From: Octopus vulgaris
Taxonomy: Eukaryota
NCBI GenBank assembly: GCA_951406725.2
Contig: OX597814.1
Location: 147,684,001 to 147,748,000 of the forward strand
Length of the DNA: 64,000 bases
Direction of reading: 5' to 3'
Numbering within the stretch: the stretch's first letter is position 1; the number at the start of each line of letters is the position of its first letter. This document shows, in pieces, positions 29,041 through 43,610 of the stretch. Below the pieces are notes generated by a model that ran no database searches, was not told the DNA's origin, and was given only the letters and a program-made list of their open reading frames with translations. Position numbers and translations under genes: made by a program.

Positions 29041-30262
29041 GCAGTAATCATATATATTAGCCATTTAGGAAAATTAAAAGTAGCGCTTGAAAGCATTGGA
29101 AAAACGCAGTACTAAGTTACTGTTATGAACGAAATACATATAATATAATAATTATTTTAGATTTCAACAGTGACGTAAGTATATTAAATAAATCACAAGC
29201 AAAACCCACAATAGCAATATATATTTGAATAAACACATATTAGATGCTCGGCTGAATATAAGATATCCATCATTAATTCTGTACTTAGAAGAGCACACGG
29301 ACTCAGGAGAACACATATATATACATACTCATACACATATATATAAGTACACTCGATCAAAAACACGCACATATGTATGTGTGTTTGTGTGTATGTATCT
29401 ATGTTTGTGTATATGCAGAGCCTATCTCTGCAATATATGAGAGATAAACCATGCGAATAAAGCAAAATGTAATAGTTAATGGATATACAAATATACTTGC
29501 AGACACTATTTAGGCTAAGTGTTTACGACATCTAGTGACTGTAGATGACAGGGAGAAAGAGAGAGAAAGAAAGAGAGAGAGTCAGAGATAGAGACAGTGA
29601 GACAGATGCAGCGACAGCGAAAGAGAGATAGAATGAGAATGAAAGAAAGAAAGAAAAAGAGAGAGAGAGTGGAAGAGAGAGAAGATGAGAGGCGAATCGA
29701 TATAGATTACGCCAGAGACACTTTCATTTTCATCTGCCCAATGATCTTATTTGAATAAGGTATTAGACTTAGTTCAATGCCGCTGGAGTTAATGTTTCTG
29801 CTGTTGCTCTTCTGTATCCCAAGGTCAGCCATGGTGAAACGGACACCATAGGGTAGATGAATAGTCAGTCGAACGACCAGGTGTGATCCACATATACCTA
29901 ACACCGACCCTTCTAGCTGATGTCTATCTGGCAGGGATAAATTATAATCCAGCTTTATCTGTATTGATACAGAAATTGCCATCAATGGTCGGCCGTTTTC
30001 AGCTCCTTTCATCTTCCGTTCATCTTAAGCCAAATATAGGAACCGCATTACGCATTGGAAAGGTTTTTAGAAACGTTCATTTCGACGTATCATGATAATA
30101 ACGACTATCATTGGCGTTGTTTAATTCATTGTTTAATTGAAGAGTTCTCGGTCGATCAAATCATCCTCTTGTGTTTTATGTCTGGTACTTATTCTGTTGG
30201 TCGCTCCGCTGCCGAATTGCTAAATTACGGCTAATAACAAATCTACGCGTACACACACACAC

Positions 30263-30355
<93 letters not shown>

Positions 30356-30879
30356 CACACCACATACATTTACATAAAGATATGTATGTGCGTGTATCTG
30401 TATCTGTGTAAGAATCTGTATACGTGTGTGTGTATGTATATATGTGCGTATTTACGTATATATGCATGTACATATATTCAGGCATACACGTGTGTGTGTA
30501 TATTTGTGTATGCGCGCGCACGTGTGTATGCAATGTTACAGAGTTCAACACGAAATCACTCTACCATAGTAATATATTTCATCTTGATTCACAAATAACA
30601 AATATTGGTCAATCTGAGACTACGGTAGAAGATACTTACCACAGGTGCCACTCAGGAAAATGAAGCCTCGTCTGTCGATGGATGAATAATAGATGGACAG
30701 ATGGATGGATGGCAGAATAAATTCATGAAAATTTGGATCAATATAACAATGAAAATCATTGGCAAGTGTGAATCACTTCCCAATGCTTATGTAAATATTT
30801 TTAGTTATGTATATACTTTGTCTTATGTATACGTGCGTATACATCTGTTTGATTGCCTAAATGTGGTTCTCCACATATT

Positions 30880-31720
30880 GCATCCTCAGTTTCTCAAATG
30901 TTTCACAGATTTTCTGAATTCCATTGATAAATTCTGAAAATAATTTCTCAATTAGCTGTGTCTTGCAGGTTTGGGGATATCTAGCTTTCCAAGGATTATG
31001 CCGAGGATGTTAGTTGCATAGACAACTACGTCAATAATTCCAGGTATAAATTTAAAGCAAATGGTCGGATGGGTTTGCCAAGGTCTCAATAGTTCGCTGA
31101 ATATAGTATCGTTTTCGCTGGCCAAATGATTTCCAATACTCTGATATCTGCTTCTCTCTGTCACCTCTAATTACTTTATACGGATGTTTTTCTAGTGTTT
31201 CGATTGGAACATTTTAAGTATTTCGGGCAATTCAGCAAGCTGGCAGAATCATTAGCACTCCTGGCAAAATGCTTATCGGCATTTCGTCTGTCTATAGATT
31301 CTGAGTTCTAATTCTTCTGGGATTGACTATGCATTTCATCCTTTCAGAGTCGATAAAACAAACACCAAATAAGCATTGGGGGTCGATGTAATCCACTTTT
31401 TTCCCATCCCTCCAAATTGCTGGCCTTTTGTCAAGTCTTGAAATCAGTATTTCGTGTGAGTATATATTCCACCTAAGAGCAACGTCTCATATTTTCTCGT
31501 CAGCATTCCCCTTTTCTAATAATGACATTATATAATGCTTTGGCCACGTCATGTACTACTTATGTATACAGCATCATGTTGACATTTTCGGTTGCTTATG
31601 ATGTGCGTGATAACTTCTAGGATACTTTATTTCTGTATCCACTTGCTTTGTAGGATAATTTGTGCTGGCTAGCTCCATATATATATATCCTTTGAGTTCT
31701 TCGCCACCAATCTAGGCTCT
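30880..31720 (-). pseudogene. Highly decayed RLE non-LTR retrotransposon 3' region, interrupted by a SINE
   Basis: Minus-strand remnants ITHIISN..HDVAKALYNVIIRK (CCHC/RHD region) and FSELLR..FKFIPGII..LIEKL..GIQKICETF. Confidence 0.55.
31236..31445 (+). mobile_element. SINE family B copy
   Basis: aagctggcagaatcattagcac head, ttctgagttc, catttcatcctttcagagtcgataaa. Confidence 0.8.
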
Positions 31721-32325
31721 TCATCATAGCATTTACATTATTGACCAATACTCTCACAAAGTAATATTTTAGGCTATCACTGTCTTATTGACAGCTAATT
31801 ACGTGTCTTTTAGATGTTCTCATCAAAGAAAATACTTTTAATGTAATGTATAAACAGAGAGCAAGTCAAGTAGAGGCTATGTCAAAGAAATATTACCCTA
31901 CGATACTATATCTTTTCAGTAACCACAGAAACATTTCCTAGATGATTGCAAGCTAGCCGAGGGCACGTCAAAGGCCTCTTGTACCTACAAGAGAGAAAAT
32001 TGTTGAAGTAGATTCAAATAATTTCTTGCGATCCAGAAAGTGTGTAACCAAATTTATTTATGCAGTTACACTTCTGATATCAGAGTTTGGTTAATTTGAA
32101 ATTGCTCAGCACATACTCAGACATATTTCATTCTTCCCGACAATGCAACTTGTATAGCTGCATTGATAATGCTTTTAACAAAGTGATCTTAAATTAATAG
32201 CTCCAGACAGGTTAAATGCATTTTATAGCAAGAAATTCGACTATAATTTTTCACCAAGTGAGTGACTTTGTTTTATGCAGATTTGCTTCCACTTTTGTTT
32301 CGTTTGAGCATGTATGTATACGTGT

Positions 32326-32356
<31 letters not shown>

Positions 32357-32883
32357 GGTACGTATATGTGTATATGGATGTTTGTATGGGATTCTTTTTG
32401 TATGCATGTATGCAAATGTGTTTATATATATATATGAATACATTGATGTGCACGTAATGATATTCACTGGCATAAGAATTTAATTAATATATTTGCATAT
32501 ACAGAGATTTAAACTACAGATATCTCAATACACAATAGACAGAGTCACATGATCCTTTTTTTCTGCTTCTTTCTGCCCCGTTCCAAGAGTGTGGAAGGAG
32601 AAAGCAACCGATATATTTATAGATGCATCGATTAGTCTCTCTCTATATAAGCGGATATAAGTATTTTTTAAATTTCTGTATATGCACATATATTAAGTAA
32701 ATTCTTATGCCTATGAATATGATTACAAGCACTTGTTTGTATGGATAAACACAAGCACATTTGCATATATACATACAAATATGCATAAATACTCAGAAGC
32801 AAAAATATATATATGCATGCATAAATACACACACACACATACACACACGGACACACTCACACATACACACGCGCATATACATT

Positions 32884-34128
32884 CAGAGGTGAGACAAAAT
32901 AATGGAAACACCAAGCATCATAAGCATCATAATTTTGAAATATCTATAGAACCGTCAAAAGCTTGTTTATTTTTATGTTTTTTTGATTTATTATTAGTTT
33001 TGCTTAATAGGGTTTGCTAAAATTGTTGTTGCTTTTCAGATATCATCAGAAAAAGTTAATTAAAATTCATTAAAATAACAGATCTATCGGACTTTCAAAG
33101 AGGTAAAATTGTTGGTGCTCGTATGGCAGGCGCTTGTGTAAAGAAAACACCCGAAAGAAGTACTGTCTCGAAAGTAATGACAGCCTTTGAGAAAGAAGGA
33201 AAAACCTCCTCGGCGAAACAAAACTCCGGAAGAAAACCCAAATTTCAGATAGGGGGCGTCGGACTCTTACGCGAATTGTTAGAAAGGATCACAAAAGTAC
33301 AGCTCCCAAAATTACTGCAGAGCTTGAGGATCACCTCGAGAACCCAGTTTCCACAAAATCTGTTCGCAGGGAGCTGCACAAACTCGGATTTCACAAGATG
33401 GATGCAAATCAGGAAACCACTACTTTCAAAAACGTTTCAAAACGTTTAGAGTGTAGTAAAAACCTACAAAATTCGTCTTTAGAGGAGTGGAAGTATGTTA
33501 TTTTCTCGGACGAGTCATCCTGTACCTTATTTCCGACCGCCGGCCTAGTATACGTATGGAGACAGTCAAAAGAAGCATTTCGACCCACCCTGCTTTCTTC
33601 CAACTGTTAAAGATGGAGGAGAATCTGTGATGACCTGGGGTGGCTATATCTTGGATATCCGCCGGCCCAATTGTTTCCTTTCATGCCAGAATTAATAGTC
33701 AAGACTATTTAAGCATTTCATCTTATGGTTGCAGAAGTGTTTCTGGAGGGAAACGCATTCTTTCAGAATGATAATGCTCCAATTCACATACCTAAATTTG
33801 TAAGTGAATGGCACGAGAAGCGTTCTAGTTGAGTTGAACATCTTATCTGGCCACTGCAGTCTCCAGATATCAATATTATTGAACATTTATGGTGCATTTT
33901 AGAAAAAACAAGTAAAGAGTTGATATCCTTCACCACCATCACAACAAGAACTGGAGACTGTTTTAGCTGAAGAATAAACAAAAATTCCTTTGGAAACAAT
34001 TTAAACTTTGTAAGAGTTCATACCTCGTAGAATTCAAGCTGTAATTACTGCCAAAGGTGGTCCTACCCCATGTTAAAATAAATTCGCTTGAAACTTTTAG
34101 ACGTTTCCATTATTTTGCCCAAACCCTG
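32884..34128 (+). mobile_element. Near full-length decayed Tc1-like transposon with DD36E spacing
   Basis: TIR cagaggtgagacaaaataatggaaac versus gtttccattattttgcccaaaccctg followed by TA. Pseudo-ORF ~33075-34076: DLSDFQRGKIVGAR..NSGRKPK..VIFSDES..FQNDNAPIH..WPLQSPDINIIEHLW..PRRIQAVITAKGGPT, with frameshifts and stops. Confidence 0.95.
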
Positions 34129-34380
34129 TATTTGTTATATAAAACGTATACCATTAATTACACACGTTTTCATATATCCATATATCTATGTTTGAGAATC
34201 TTTGGGTAGAAGTTTGCTTTTGCAAACAGGAATTGTGTTTATACCCACGCATGCTCTCTTGGACATGTGCCTTCTATTATAGCCTCCAGCAAGTCCTGTG
34301 AATCAAGAATTGATTGTGTCAACGTTGTTCTTCTTTAAAAAATACGATAGTAGCTTAAAACATTGATGGAAGGAAAAATA

Positions 34381-34420
34381 CTCTTAACGCTTCGGACATT
34401 AGTCCTTCATCAGAAAAGAG
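34381..34420 (-). ncRNA. Minimal hammerhead-like motif (PLE type)
   Basis: CTTTT-CTGATGA-A-GGAC taat GTCC-GAAG-CG-TT|AAGAG; GAAA box mutated to GAAG. Confidence 0.5.
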
Positions 34421-35703
34421 AAGAGAGACAGTGAGAGAGAATAATAATTCGTGGGAGTGAGTATACATATAATTATATACACATACACAGTTTCACACAC
34501 ACACACGCACACACACACACATACACACACACATACACACACACACATGAATATACATATATACACACGTCTTTGCATAGCTTGTTTTATCCCGTAATGT
34601 TTCATCTCTTACACCTTCTTAATACATTAATACATGACAGCTCAGAGCCTGAATATATTTTCCGTTATATAGCTCAGTGCTAAAATTTTGTACGCAGAAA
34701 TATTTTCGGTGTACTTGCTAAATAGATTATTCTATATTCAATATCTCCTTTCTGCATTTTACTTTTAATTTATATTTATCATATTAACCTCTAAGAGGAG
34801 AGCACTCTAATGTAAAAGTTTGCGTGTAGAGTGACCTCTATTTGAATCATGGATGTTTCCGCTCTTTACGGTATTTTCCGCTTTCGCTTTCCGTGCTTGC
34901 CGGCGTGTAAGAAATCAGATACGTTTTCTGGGTTTATTTTTTTTCCTCATGCGATTCATTCTGCCGCCTGCTGTTGATAATGTTTTAATGAACGTGCGAC
35001 CTCTGGAAACATGCTATCATGTCTGGAAAGAATATCTGCCGCGTATGTATGTACGTACGTACGCAAATACATACGTATGCATGCATGTACGTATGCATGC
35101 ATGTACGTATGCATGCATGCATGCAAGAATGTACGCATGCATGCACACCCATGTACATATATACATATACCTGTTTATATATATATATGTGTGTGTGTGT
35201 GTGTGCGTGTGTGTGTGTGCGTGTGTGTGTGTGCTTAAGCAGTGTAAGCACTAATTTGACACGGAAAATGAAACGGGTCTACTGGAGATATGTAGTGTGT
35301 GCAGTTTGTATTGAAATTCACGAACGTACGCTTATATGTCCACATACTTCAGTATGTAGGTTTAATATCCCTACACCTGAGAATATCTGTGTATGTGTGC
35401 TTAGAGATGTTTAGGTAAGTATGTAATTAGAACCGTACCACTAGAAACAAAATCAAGGAGAGAGGGAGAGATCGTGAGAGCGAATGGATGAGCATGCATG
35501 TAAGTATTGCATATGTATATGTACTCGTATGTGTGTGTTTTTGTGCGCGCGTGTTAGTGTTCCTGTGAGTATGCGTATTGTGTGAGTTTATATATGATGC
35601 ACACACAAACACACACACACACATATAACCTTAGAACAGTGCTTTCTCTAGAACATTATCACCTGCCTACAACTCGGTTATTTCACTTTTGTCAGATAGA
35701 TGG

Positions 35704-35735
<32 letters not shown>

Positions 35736-35741
<6 letters not shown>

Positions 35742-35866
35742 TTTATAGAAGGAGCTTCTACAGGACTAGAACTGTTTCATTCAAAAGAAATCATAAGGAA
35801 GCTCATGATGATTTCTTTTGAATGAAACAGTTCTAGTCCTGTAGAAGCTCCTTCTATAAAATAAAT
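35736..35866. repeat. Perfect 59-bp inverted repeat with a 13-nt spacer, in a (TA)n-flanked module
   Basis: 35736-35794 is the exact reverse complement of 35808-35866. Confidence 0.97.
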
Positions 35867-35931
35867 TAATTTACTCTGCTATGCATTGAGTACCTTATTT
35901 ACTGCGGTTAACCCCGACTCAACCCAGGACC

Positions 35932-36036
<105 letters not shown>

Positions 36037-36628
36037 ATTGATTGACAGATAGGTAGATAGATAGATAGATAGAGAGAGAGAGGTAGTTCAAGCTCAGATA
36101 CATACACACATACACACACATACACACGCACACGTTCTGATCGATATAAATGTATAATGACACACGCATGCATACGCTTACACACAAGTACATAGATGTA
36201 AATCTACACACATTCACACATATACACACACACACACAGAAATACCGATATATTTAAGCATATTCACTCTCTCGCACATATACCAACACACATATTCACA
36301 TGGATATGCTGATTCATATACTTATCCATGCACATAACCACAGCTGTATACATTACTACACTCTTCTACTCACACAGAAAAATACTGCACTTTCACAAAT
36401 ACAGAAAATCATTATATATACATTGATAACACATACACTTAAGCACACATTTACACACATACACAAACCTTTACACGGTCATACACACACACCTGCATAG
36501 CTCATATTGATCAGTAGACTCAAGCACACATACATATACATATATACATGCATACTAATTAACATTGTATAACTCACGGAAACAAAAACCTGACTGCCTG
36601 TCTGTCTGCCTATCAGCCTATCTTTCTT

Positions 36629-36679
<51 letters not shown>

Positions 36680-36790
36680 CTATTTATTTGTCTATCTGTC
36701 TATCTATCTTATCTTAAATAAAAAAACAATAAAAGGAAAATATGACAAACCTATATGTGTGTGTGTGTGTGTAATTTTAAAAAAAACGTA

Positions 36791-37303
36791 GGGTGGCCTA
36801 TAAGTTCTTACCCATCCATATATCTTATGTATCCACTGTATCTGTGTGATGTCCCTCATTCTCGCTGCACAATTTTATACGACTCCATGGTCTGTGAGAC
36901 ATTACCGTCAATATATCAACGGTTATTGTTCCAAATGCCTTCAATTCAGCATTGGAATTAGAACGTTGTTTAGACACAATGTCCTTTAAGTATCCCCAAA
37001 AGAGAGTTATCGCATGTTGCCGAATGCGAACTTATTGCGGCCATTTCACGGGCACCGGGGTTGTTACTGGACTACAACCTACCCATTTGTCTGGAAAAGT
37101 GTGATTAAGATAATCTCGCTGAGTGATGTCATAATGAACCGGAGTTCTATCATGTTGAAACTAAATCTCTCTGATTCCAAGTTCGTTGAGTTTCGTTATA
37201 AACCATTGTTGTAACATGTCCAGATTGAGGTATGACTTACTGTCCCGTCAAAAATGTATGGTCCAATAACATAGCATATGGACGGATAGGGACTTAAGGG
37301 CTT
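36791..37303 (-). mobile_element. Internally deleted Tc1/mariner element, WPPRSPDL type (DD41D/rosa-like)
   Basis: Imperfect TIRs; minus translation FQHDRTPVHY..DYLNHTFPDKWVG..WP....ATCDNSLWGYLKDIV..RIKLCSENEGHH. Confidence 0.8.
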
Positions 37304-37977
37304 GTATGTATGTATGTATGTATGTATGTATGTATGTATGTATTTGTATGTTTAGTCATGTGAGTGGCTGTGTAGTAAGAATTTAGTTTCTCAGTCACTT
37401 TGATTCCGGGTTCTGTCCTACTGCGTGGCACCTGGCTAAGTGCCTTCTACTATAGCTCCAACATGACTGCAAACAAGTTCAAGCAAAGAACTTTCACATA
37501 TAGACATACTTATCTATACAATGAAACGTAGTCCCTAACATGCATCTCACAACAAAAATGCAACGACTGTTATATGCAAAATATCTATTGATAACATCAC
37601 ACGCAAATACTCTATGAAACAAATCTACATTCATTTATTTGTGTGTGTGTGTGTGTAAATGAATCGCTTTATTGATCAAGGAGCTCGATGATCAGCTGAT
37701 CATTAAATGAGAGTCTAAATGGCAGAGTATTTCTCAGTCACGTGGTTATGTAACCTAATGTCTAGGCAGAATTAAGCTTCAGTCAGTGTGCCAAAGTCGG
37801 TTCTTTGAATAGTAGGTAAAATTCATTGTTACTCACAGGCTTGGTTCGACCTGAAACTCAGGGAAAAAGTACTCCCTAAGGTATCAGGTTGTGGAATTGA
37901 ACCCTGCACCTCATGAGTATCTGTTTCAGTTATGCAGAGGCGTATCGAATTTTCGTATCCTTTTAATGGTTTCTAAG

Positions 37978-38720
37978 GAGGCGAGCTGCCAGAATAGGAC
38001 AACACGGTTGGCGATATTTCTTTCAGTAGTTTACGTTCTGTGTTCAAATCCTACCAAGGTCAACTTAGTCTTTCAACTTTTCGGATGGCGGGAAAATAAA
38101 ATAAGGTACCAGTTGAGCACTGGGGTCGTTGCTGTCGACTAACCCTCCCCTAAAATGTGCCGGCATTGTGTCAAATTTGAAATTTCACTGTGAAAAAAAT
38201 TAAAGTGCTCAGAGCGAGCCCTGTCGGCTTGCATACAAAAAGCATGGACTTCGACTTTCATCGTTTGAGATCGATAAAATAAGAAGTAGGTGAGAACTAA
38301 ATCCTTTCCTTAAAATTTTTCGCCAGCTGCTAACATCTGAAGGGATTATAATGATCCTTTCTACTATGGGCACGAGGCCAGAAATTTGTGGGAAGGGGAC
38401 TAGTCGATTACATCGAGCCCAGTGCTTCACTGATACTTAATTTATCGACCTCGAAAGGATGAAATGCAAAGACGACCTCAGCGGAATTTGAACTCAGAAC
38501 CTAGAGGCAGACAAAGTTATTATAATAATGTTAGCTTAGGCGGTGAGCTGATAGAATTGTTGGTAATCTGTCCCTATGTTCAGAGTTCAAATTCCGTCCA
38601 GGATCGACTTTTGTTTTCATCCTTTCGGGGTCGAGAAAATAAGGAGCAGTTGAACACTGGATCGATGTAATCGACATGACCTGTCCCCTCCCCAAATTTC
38701 AGGCCTTATGCCTATTATAA
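37978..38720. mobile_element. Cluster of three SINE family B copies (+, -, +)
   Basis: Domain matches at ~37978-38182 (+), 38355-38510 (-) and 38540-38720 (+). Confidence 0.8.
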
Positions 38721-38764
38721 ATATAATTATAATAATGTTGTGTAACGTCATAAAGCATTACAGT

Positions 38765-39260
38765 CGTCAGCACGTCGGACAAAATGCTTAGCAGTATTTC
38801 GATTAAATAAGTACCAGTTACACACTGGGGTCGATATAATCGACTTGATATATTTGTCTGTCCTTGTTTGGCCCCTCTGTGTTTAGCCCCTTGTGGGTAG
38901 GAAAGAAATAGGTATTTCTTTTGCCGCTACGTTCTGAGTTCAAATTCTACCGAGGTCGACTTTACCTTTCATCCTTTCGGGGTCGATTAAATAAGTACCA
39001 GTTACGCACTGGGGTCGATATAATCGACTTAATCCGCTTGTCTGTCCTTGTTTGTCCTCTCTGTGTTTAGTCCCTTGTGGGTAGTAAAGAAATAGGTATT
39101 TCTTCTGCTTCTTTACGTCCTGAATTCAAATTCCACTTGAGTCATTTTTACCTTTCATTCTTCCTGGGTCAATGAAATAAGTGCCATTCAAGTATTGAGA
39201 TACATGGTATCGACTAGCCACTTACCCCCAAATTGCTTGCCTTTTTCCAAAATTTGAAAC
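38765..39260 (+). mobile_element. SINE family B trimer: two long-tail units and a diverged short-tail terminal unit
   Basis: aaagaaataggtatttc junctions at ~38910 and ~39094. Confidence 0.9.
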
Positions 39261-39289
39261 ATTTAGAGTAATCATTCGTAATATTGAAG

Positions 39290-39870
39290 AAGGAAAAAAA
39301 CATTGGCGAGTAATATATAAGAACGAGAAAATCAGTGACAGTAATAATGAGGAATGGAGAAGAGATAAAGGAAAATATAAAGGAGGAAATATGGAGGAGA
39401 AATGAATGAAAGAAAAAAAGAAAAATGATTTCTTATAGGAATGAAGAAGAAAAGAAGTGGCAAAGGGAAGTTATTCCAGATGAGGAAAAGAGGAGATTGA
39501 GAGAAAGTGATTGCTATGGGAGTGGGGGGGGAAGGTGAAAGATGAAAAGGAAGGAAGTAAGGCAGGAAGGAAAACAAGAAAAATGAGAGTTACGGAGTTA
39601 TAGAAAGGAAAGTAAGTTGAAGGAAAAAAGGAAATAAAAGCTTGATAGAAAGAAGGACAAACAAGGAATGATAGCGATTTACTGTAAGAAGGGGAGAAGG
39701 AAACAGAATGGAAAAGAAGGAGTTGCTATGAAAGGAAACGGGGAAAGGAGGAAAAAAGAAAGAATAAATAAAAGAAATGAAGAAAGGAATGATAGACAGG
39801 GTTATTATTGGATGAATGAAATACAGAAATAGCGATGAAGAAAGGTAGGAAGGAAGGAAACTGAGCAAAA
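39290..39870. repeat. Purine-rich (GA/GGAA) low-complexity tract
   Basis: Strong A/G strand bias; a similar tract lies at ~61300-62030. Confidence 0.8.
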
Positions 39871-39910
39871 AATGATTGCCGGATGAGCTTTCAAATGCAA
39901 TGTTCTAGTG

Positions 39911-39958
<48 letters not shown>

Positions 39959-40002
39959 CGTGTGTTTAGGTAGCTGGACATTAATAATATAGTTATGTGA
40001 GA

Positions 40003-40410
40003 GGGCAGTGGATTGGCAGAATCGTTAGAGCATCGGGAAGATCTACTGCGGCATTTATCTCTGCTCCCCGCGTTTCATTTCTACTGGGGTCGACGCTGCC
40101 TTTCATTTTTCCGGGTCGATGAATTAATAATGTACTGGTGTCGCTGTTAACGAATACGCGTTTCTTCTCCAAATTCTTGCTGACTCTAGAACACATCACT
40201 ATTGAGACGGCGAGCTGGTAGAAACTTTACTGCGCCGGAGAAAATACTTAACCTCATTTCGCAAGTCTTTATTCTGTGAGCTCAAATTCCGCCGAGGTCG
40301 ACTTTGCATTTCATCCTTTCGAGGTCAATGAAATATGTACCAACGAGTCGATCGCCGGGAACGATATAATCGACTGGCGCCCTCTCCCTAAATTTTAAGC
40401 CTTTAGAAAG
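40003..40410 (+). mobile_element. Two SINE family B copies, the second ending in (ATT)n
   Basis: ggcgagctggtagaa head and gaggtcgactttgcatttcatcctttcgaggtc domain. Confidence 0.8.
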
Positions 40411-40411
40411 A

Positions 40412-40461
<50 letters not shown>

Positions 40462-40506
40462 TATTGTTGTTGTTGTTGTTGGTTGTTGCTGTTGTTGTTG
40501 TTTTTT

Positions 40507-40682
40507 AGTGAGAGGGCAGTGCATGCCATCAAAGCGATACTGGGGTACTAAGCCCAATATACCCATCATGACTACCCATCTGATAAGGGTACACCAGGCA
40601 CATACATCACAACCATATGTGAGCGACATGGTGATTTGATATCAAGATAAACAGCGCATGATCTTGTAGGTGGGGCCCAATT
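40507..40682 (-). mobile_element. 3'-end-only copy of the ~547-bp element
   Basis: Matches ~47202-47385; flanked by (TTG)/(ATT) repeats. Confidence 0.85.
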
Positions 40683-41028
40683 ATTATTATTATTGTTGTT
40701 GTTGTTGATATTATTATTGTTGTTATTATTCTTTTAAGACATCACACAGTATCCAATATTGTGATGCTGTTGATTGAAGATGCTGTGTCTACTGGGGATT
40801 TGTACTATCTATCAAGTCACATGTACCTTAGACAGACAGTACTTTACGCAACATGTGTGCAGTTCCACGTAATGCCGATTTTTCCATTTTCTAAAGTTTC
40901 AAAATTAAAAAAAAGTTTTAATATTTTTTCTTTCGCCAGATTGGTTTGTATTAAAACCAATGCTCCGATGACAGTAGGGAAACCTTCGTAGCTGCCACAT
41001 CTTAACGACCTCAATTCTCAGGTCTCCA

Positions 41029-41584
<556 letters not shown>

Positions 41585-41699
41585 TGCAGAGTTAGCAGAG
41601 AAATAATTATCATACCAGCAGTTAAGTTTTACATTGGTACATATCTAACAAACTCGAGATTACTGATACTGATCGTAAAAGTAGTTCCTTCTCGGCCAG

Positions 41700-42120
41700 C
41701 AACAAATTGAATGGGACCTAGAAGGCTATCCCTTAACTATCGAAGAAGGAGGGTAAAAACTACTAAATACCTAAAAGACTCCCATGTTATGATCGAAAAT
41801 GTCAGTTTTGCCGTACCAGTGTGAAAAATATCTGATATATCTTCAGCGGTTGCCCGAAAATATTCGCAGGATACCATCTTTCCATAATATGTGGCACTTT
41901 CACTAAAACCTTCATTAAAGGTATACACAGGAAGGATTGTCCTGACAGCAATAACTAGAACAAGAAATTGTATACACCTTTAAAAGTAAAGAATATTGGT
42001 AGAGCATTCCCTTAAAAACAGTAACACGGTGTAAGAACAGGCTGGAGCATATTATATACGAGAAGAAGTGAAAGTCATACACTGTCGAAGAGTTCGTATG
42101 CCCTGCTGATGTGAATGTCC
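41700..42120 (+). pseudogene. Decayed RLE non-LTR retrotransposon fragment (CCHC finger to RLE)
   Basis: EGYPLTIEE..TTKYLK, KCQFCRTSVKNI*YIFSGCPK, KEYW*SIPLKTVTRCKNRLEHII..EFVCPADVNV. Confidence 0.7.
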
Positions 42121-42134
42121 CCTCAAATGTTGAT

Positions 42135-42345
42135 TTTAAATTTTGGCACAAGGCCAGCAGTTTTAGAAGAAGAAGGAAGTCAATTATATCGACCCCACTG
42201 TTCATCTGGTACTTATTTTATCGACCCCGAAAGAAAGAAAAGCAAAATCGACCCCTCCCGCATTCGCACTCAGGACGTGAAGACGGACGAAATGCTGGTA
42301 AGCACTACACCCTGTGTGCTAACGATTCTGCCAGCGTGCCACCTT
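42135..42345 (-). mobile_element. SINE family B copy
   Basis: Reverse-complement domain ctggtacttattttatcgaccccgaaag. Confidence 0.8.
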
Positions 42346-43610
42346 CATATCCCGTCAAATATCAAGAAAAGGAGAAACCTGTAGCTTTTATATACGCGCT
42401 ATAGATTTTCATTTGTATTAAATACCATGGATGCACAAAGCACTTAATTTGCATCGAAAGCTTTAAACACTAGGGTTCTCCAAAGAACACCAAAAGGATT
42501 TGTATTCTTCAAATAAACACAATTCTAGGTACTGTAAAAATTTGTAAGGCATTGGAGGGATTATCCAATTGATGTATTTTGATAAACACAGGTACACAGT
42601 CGTATACACATAATCAACACACACACACATAATATATTTCTTAAGTTACCTATAAAAAGGTTTATATAGAGGGGACGTTACAAGGACAGACAAGGGACAT
42701 GTAGGATACAAACACGCTTCTTATATACAATATGAAAAGACAGATGGATTTACATATATTTTACGGATGGGAGTTAAAAATATACATGATGATTGGATGG
42801 AATTTGGGTCCGGCTTTGACACACACACACACATAATAGTTAATCATACACGTACGCATATACCTATGCACTAAAGTGACAGGACACTCACTATGTGCGT
42901 GCAAGTTTATCCACTCGCGCACATAAAAATACACATACAAATATACACGCACCAATCAATTCAAAAGACCATCAAATCCCGGAGCTAGTTTAACTTAAAC
43001 TCAAGAGCCACGCTTTAATAGTGAACTGTTCAAAGCAAACATCTTAATTCCCAAAGAAAGAAACATACATGCATACATGTAAGAATGAGTGCATGTGCAC
43101 ATACATACATCCGTCTCTCGAGTCAGTGCGACGCTACAATCCCCAATGACGATCATTAGGATTTTTATTAACTTCTTTTTAAGCAATAACTCATCTGAAG
43201 TTTATTTAATTTTAATATTTATTCAATTATTGCTTGCTTTCTCAGTCAGGAGGGAATAACAGTGACTATAAGACTCCCCAGATGCTGCGAGACTATTAGT
43301 AAAGGAAGGAGTGATGAAAGTAATCTCAGACGAGAGACCTGGATCGAATGTTTGTAACAGAACGGACTTCGCTAAAGGTGCGCTTTTTGCTAATGTTAAA
43401 ATGGACGACGAATGAAATCTACCGAACAAAATTGTATTCTCAGCGGAGTAACAAGTATGCCTAATTCCTTATTTGCTTCCAAATAATTTTGTGTTAAATA
43501 TGTATAACAAAAGGTTTGAATGTTAAAGAGAATGTGTGTTGATAAAGAGGGCGTATATTTCAATTGGAACACATTCTAAATATTTTGCTATTAGATACTC
43601 TCTCTCACGC

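Noticed and set aside
29707-30012. 101-aa minus-strand ORF in complex sequence
   Set aside because: No recognisable motif in the frames I translated; it cannot be called without BLASTX.
31897-31984. Possible minus-strand exon (ttttctctcttgtag|G ... AGG|gtaata)
   Set aside because: All three frames contain stops and no partner exons were found; a non-coding exon cannot be excluded without RNA-seq.
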